Shown in pieces: positions 61,226 through 64,000 of a stretch of 64,000 nt of DNA (within the stretch, counting starts at the first letter, position 1; every line of letters starts with the position of its first letter). The notes under the pieces were generated by a model that was given only the letters and a program-made list of their open reading frames with translations, did not search any database and was not told the DNA's origin. The stretch is taken from positions 96,001 to 160,000 of the forward strand of contig CAWIEK010000011.1 of NCBI GenBank assembly GCA_963835065.1, written 5' to 3'. This stretch comes from an uncultured Chthonomonadaceae bacterium (GTDB lineage: Bacteria; Armatimonadota; Chthonomonadetes; Chthonomonadales; Chthonomonadaceae). The position numbers were made by a program, and so were the translations under genes.

Positions 61226-62098
61226 CTAATGCAGCAGCCGAATCCTTCCAAGCGGCCAGAAGATCACGCTGGCTTTGCCGATCACGCGCCAATCGTCGAG
61301 CGGCCCCCAATAACGGCTATCGTTGCTGTCGTTGCGGTTGTCGCCCATGACCCAGTATTGGTGCGGCCCAAGCTTTAATGGCCCGCCACGATAAGGCGTA
61401 GCGTAGTTGAAATGGTCTTCCAGATTCGGGTCCATTTTTTCTTTAATGGAGTAGGGCAGTTTGGAATTTTGAAATTCTTCGAGCTGCTCGTTGTTGCGGT
61501 AAACGTGTCCGTTCTTTATTTCCATCGAATCGCCCGGAACACCCATCAAGCGCTTTATGAGTACATTTTCAACCTGCGCGCCGCTGTTACGGTGTTCCGC
61601 ATCCGCCTCTTTGGGCGCGCGAAAGACGATGATGTCTCCCCGGTGAGGAGACCCGAAGCGATACACCAGTTTGTTGACAAAGATGTGGTCGTGAACGGTT
61701 TCTTTGTGGGTTTGGCTGGAATCCCCGGCAACCGGCTGGCCGGCCTCATGGCCGAGCAGGGTGTTTTCCATGGACTCGGAAGGAATGAAAAAAGCCTGCA
61801 CGAAGAACGGACGAATGACCAGAAAGACGAGAACGCCGGCAATAATCAGCGACTCAAGAATTTCCGCCAGGCCGCGCGTAAAGCCCGCATCGCTGCCCCC
61901 AGCCGCGACGCCCATTTTCATAGCGGAAAGAGAGGGTGTGCCGGAATCACTGCTGCTTCTCATGCGCGGGCGCATGGCTCCGCCCACCTGCAGTATCAGC
62001 AACCGCAGCAGCGTCAGCACAAGCGCTGCCGCCACAATCGAACTGACGCTCAGGTTCGCCAAAAACTCCGTTGCGCCCACATCTGTTGATGGGTTCAT
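61226..62098 (-). CDS. lepB: Signal peptidase I
   Basis: IPSESMENTL, IKRLMGVPGD, GDNRNDSNDSRYWG. Confidence 0.95.
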   Translation of the reverse strand: MNPSTDVGATEFLANLSVSSIVAAALVLTLLRLLILQVGGAMRPRMRSSSDSGTPSLSAMKMGVAAGGSDAGFTRGLAEILESLIIAGVLVFLVIRPFFVQAFFIPSESMENTLLGHEAGQPVAGDSSQTHKETVHDHIFVNKLVYRFGSPHRGDIIVFRAPKEADAEHRNSGAQVENVLIKRLMGVPGDSMEIKNGHVYRNNEQLEEFQNSKLPYSIKEKMDPNLEDHFNYATPYRGGPLKLGPHQYWVMGDNRNDSNDSRYWGPLDDWRVIGKASVIFWPLGRIRLLH

Positions 62099-62115
62099 GG
62101 AAAACTCCAGGAGAA

Positions 62116-62232
62116 AGTAGTCAGTAGTCAGTAGTCAGTAGAATTGCTCTTACTTACTAAGCTGTTCCCGTTCTGCACAGCCAAGATTAAGTAGTTATTT
62201 CTACTGACTACTGACTACTGACTACTGACTAC
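62116..62232. repeat. (AGTAGTC)n hairpin element, copy 4
   Basis: 59-nt spacer; overlaps the rplS stop. Confidence 0.9.
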
Positions 62233-62697
62233 CTCTTCGCATTTCGATCTTCCTTGATGCGCGCCTGCTTGCCGACTTTGCCGCGCAGGTAGTACAGCTT
62301 GGCGCGGCGTACCTTGCCGAAGCGAACCACTTCGATTTTTTCGATGCGGGGCGAGTACATCAGGAACGTGCGCTCCACGCCGACGGTATGCGAAATTTTA
62401 CGCACGGTAAAGCTTTTGCGCGCGCTGGTGTGATTGTCGGCGATGACAACGCCTTCAAACACCTGAATGCGCTCTTTGTCGCCTTCCACAACCTTGGCGA
62501 AGACCTTGATGGTGTCGCCGGGGCGGAATTTGGGCAGTTCGGCGCGCTGCTCGACGCGAGACGCGCTCGAAATCAGGGCGCTTTTTTTCTTTCGCTTCCT
62601 GTTCGCGGCGGCGGTTTTCGGTGTCCGCCCAAATTTGACGGGCGCGCACAATCTCTTGACGTTCGATCTCGCGTATGGTTTCAGGTCCCAGAGCCAT
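62229..62697 (-). CDS. rplS: 50S ribosomal protein L19 with N-terminal extension; frameshift ~62545-62590
   Basis: [11 protein letters not shown]...ERIQVFEG...[12 protein letters not shown]; likely start [12 protein letters not shown] in another frame. Confidence 0.9.
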
Positions 62698-63706
62698 TGA
62701 TTTCCTCGTTTTCTATCAGTTCCAAAGTGTCCGGGCCGAGCGCGGGCGCAGTTGTCTCACTATTGCCAGGGCGCGTCTCGTCCGGTGCGGCTTGCTTCCC
62801 TTCCGATGCCGTTCCGGGCGCGGAGGATTTGTGAGCAGCGGCCTTCGAGTCGGGAGGAGCGGTCGGTTCCTCCCCGTTGATTAACTTCCAGTCTTTATCA
62901 GACAGGTTCAGACGCGCGAACAGGTCGGGACGGCGTTCCCGCGTCTCGCGCAGTTGATGCCAGCGCCGCCAGCGTTCGATTTGCGCGTGGTGTCCGCACA
63001 TCAAAATATCCGGCACACTCCAGCCTTGAAAATCGCGGGGACGGGTGTAGTGCGGATATTCCAGTAGATCGTCGGCGAATGTGTCCTTGTCGGGAGCCAA
63101 ACTATCGCCCAGTGCGTCCGGCTGCAAGCGGGTCAGCGCGTCGGCGATAATCAGGGCGGGCAATTCCCCGCCCGTCAGAATGTAATCGCCGATGGAAACT
63201 TCATCCGTCACCAGATGCCGGCGAACGCGCTCATCCACGCCTTCATAGTGGCCGCACAGCAAAATCAGATGCTCTTCCCGCGCCCACTGCCGCGCCGTGT
63301 CCTGCGTAAAGCGCGGGCCGCGCGGATCGGTCAGCGCGATCCGCGGACGCGACCGGCTGCCAACCAAATCTTCCGTATACTGTACCTCATTTACGCCCGT
63401 TTGTGGTGAAAACGTTTCACTTTCCGCAGCAAAAGATGCAGTCAGGGGCATGGTGGAAGGAGATACCGGAGGATTGGAAGCCGTCACATGCGCTAATGCG
63501 CGGGCAATCGGCTCGATCTTCATAATCATGCCGCCGCCGCCACCATAGGGCATATCATCCGTTGTTTTGTGGCGGTCAAACGTAAAATCGCGCAGGTTGA
63601 CTACGTTAATGGTAATCAGCCCGCGCTCCCGCGCCCGCTTGATAATGCTATGCTCCAGCGCGCCCGCAACCATTTCGGGCAGCACGGTGAGGATGTCAAT
63701 TTGCAT
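62681..63706 (-). CDS. trmD: tRNA (guanine-N1)-methyltransferase
   Basis: [41 protein letters not shown]. Confidence 0.97.
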   Translation of the reverse strand: MQIDILTVLPEMVAGALEHSIIKRARERGLITINVVNLRDFTFDRHKTTDDMPYGGGGGMIMKIEPIARALAHVTASNPPVSPSTMPLTASFAAESETFSPQTGVNEVQYTEDLVGSRSRPRIALTDPRGPRFTQDTARQWAREEHLILLCGHYEGVDERVRRHLVTDEVSIGDYILTGGELPALIIADALTRLQPDALGDSLAPDKDTFADDLLEYPHYTRPRDFQGWSVPDILMCGHHAQIERWRRWHQLRETRERRPDLFARLNLSDKDWKLINGEEPTAPPDSKAAAHKSSAPGTASEGKQAAPDETRPGNSETTAPALGPDTLELIENEEINGSGT

Positions 63707-63827
63707 AGTAGTCAGTAGTCAGTAGTCAGTAGTCAGTAGAAATGCCTGTCTCTTCAAGACTGTGCGCTTCAGTAGAAGTCTGCAAAACGAGACGTTACTG
63801 ACTACTGACTACTGACTACTGACTACT
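63707..63827. repeat. (AGTAGTC)n hairpin element, copy 5
   Basis: ~55-nt spacer; fills the rimM-trmD gap. Confidence 0.9.
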
Positions 63828-63829
63828 TC

Positions 63830-64000
63830 TCATGCCTCTTCCGCCTCCCCCGGCAGCAATCCGGGCGTGGGCGTGACGACGATGCGGCGGCGCGTCAAAT
63901 CTACTTCGCGGATAACTTCTTTGATGGCGGGAAGCAGGATTTCGGTCTTGCCTTCGCCGATCACATACACATCGTTGCCGCCGCCGCGCAGGATGGAATT
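63830..64000 (-). CDS. rimM: Ribosome maturation factor RimM, C-terminal part
   Basis: GGGNDVYVI...EILLPAIKEVIREVDL...GLL; position upstream of trmD. Confidence 0.88.
   Translation of the reverse strand, partial: NSILRGGGNDVYVIGEGKTEILLPAIKEVIREVDLTRRRIVVTPTPGLLPGEAEEA

Noticed and set aside
62575..62592. Programmed -1 frameshift at A-AAA-AAG in rplS
   Set aside because: Joining the two frames needs +1, not -1; an indel error is more parsimonious

Overview
Bacterial chromosomal window, moderately high GC. The gene repertoire (prepilin-type H-X9-DG protein, XisH/XisI, a T-box, a HEAT-repeat membrane protein ending in 'LLRA' motifs) suggests Armatimonadota, but this is inference only. In order it contains: (1) the 3' part of a Wzx/Wzy surface-polysaccharide cluster (1-11.2 kb); (2) an ECF sigma / zinc-finger anti-sigma / TPR-CHAT protease / S8 subtilase cassette; (3) a DUF433-DUF5615 toxin-antitoxin pair; (4) CIRCE-controlled groES-groEL; (5) a cyclase-like + FGE/CLec gene that looks like a diversity-generating retroelement (DGR) target, followed by a hairpin and a truncated avd that is missing from the ORF track; (6) three tRNAs (Ser-CGA, Arg-CCT, Arg-GCG) with an HNH gene between two of them; (7) assorted metabolic and protease genes; (8) a T-box riboswitch with a probable Met (ATG) specifier upstream of thrC-like, MoaD-like and NIL-domain genes; (9) the rimM-trmD-rplS-lepB-rnhB-yraN operon. 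A pervasive non-coding layer consists of hairpins built from tandem 7-9-nt repeats. These sit at gene junctions, inside the T-box leader and in-frame within protein linkers. Several single-base frameshifts (TPR-CHAT, rplS, isochorismatase and others) probably reflect assembly indel errors. All protein family calls come from motif recognition by eye; no database search was run.
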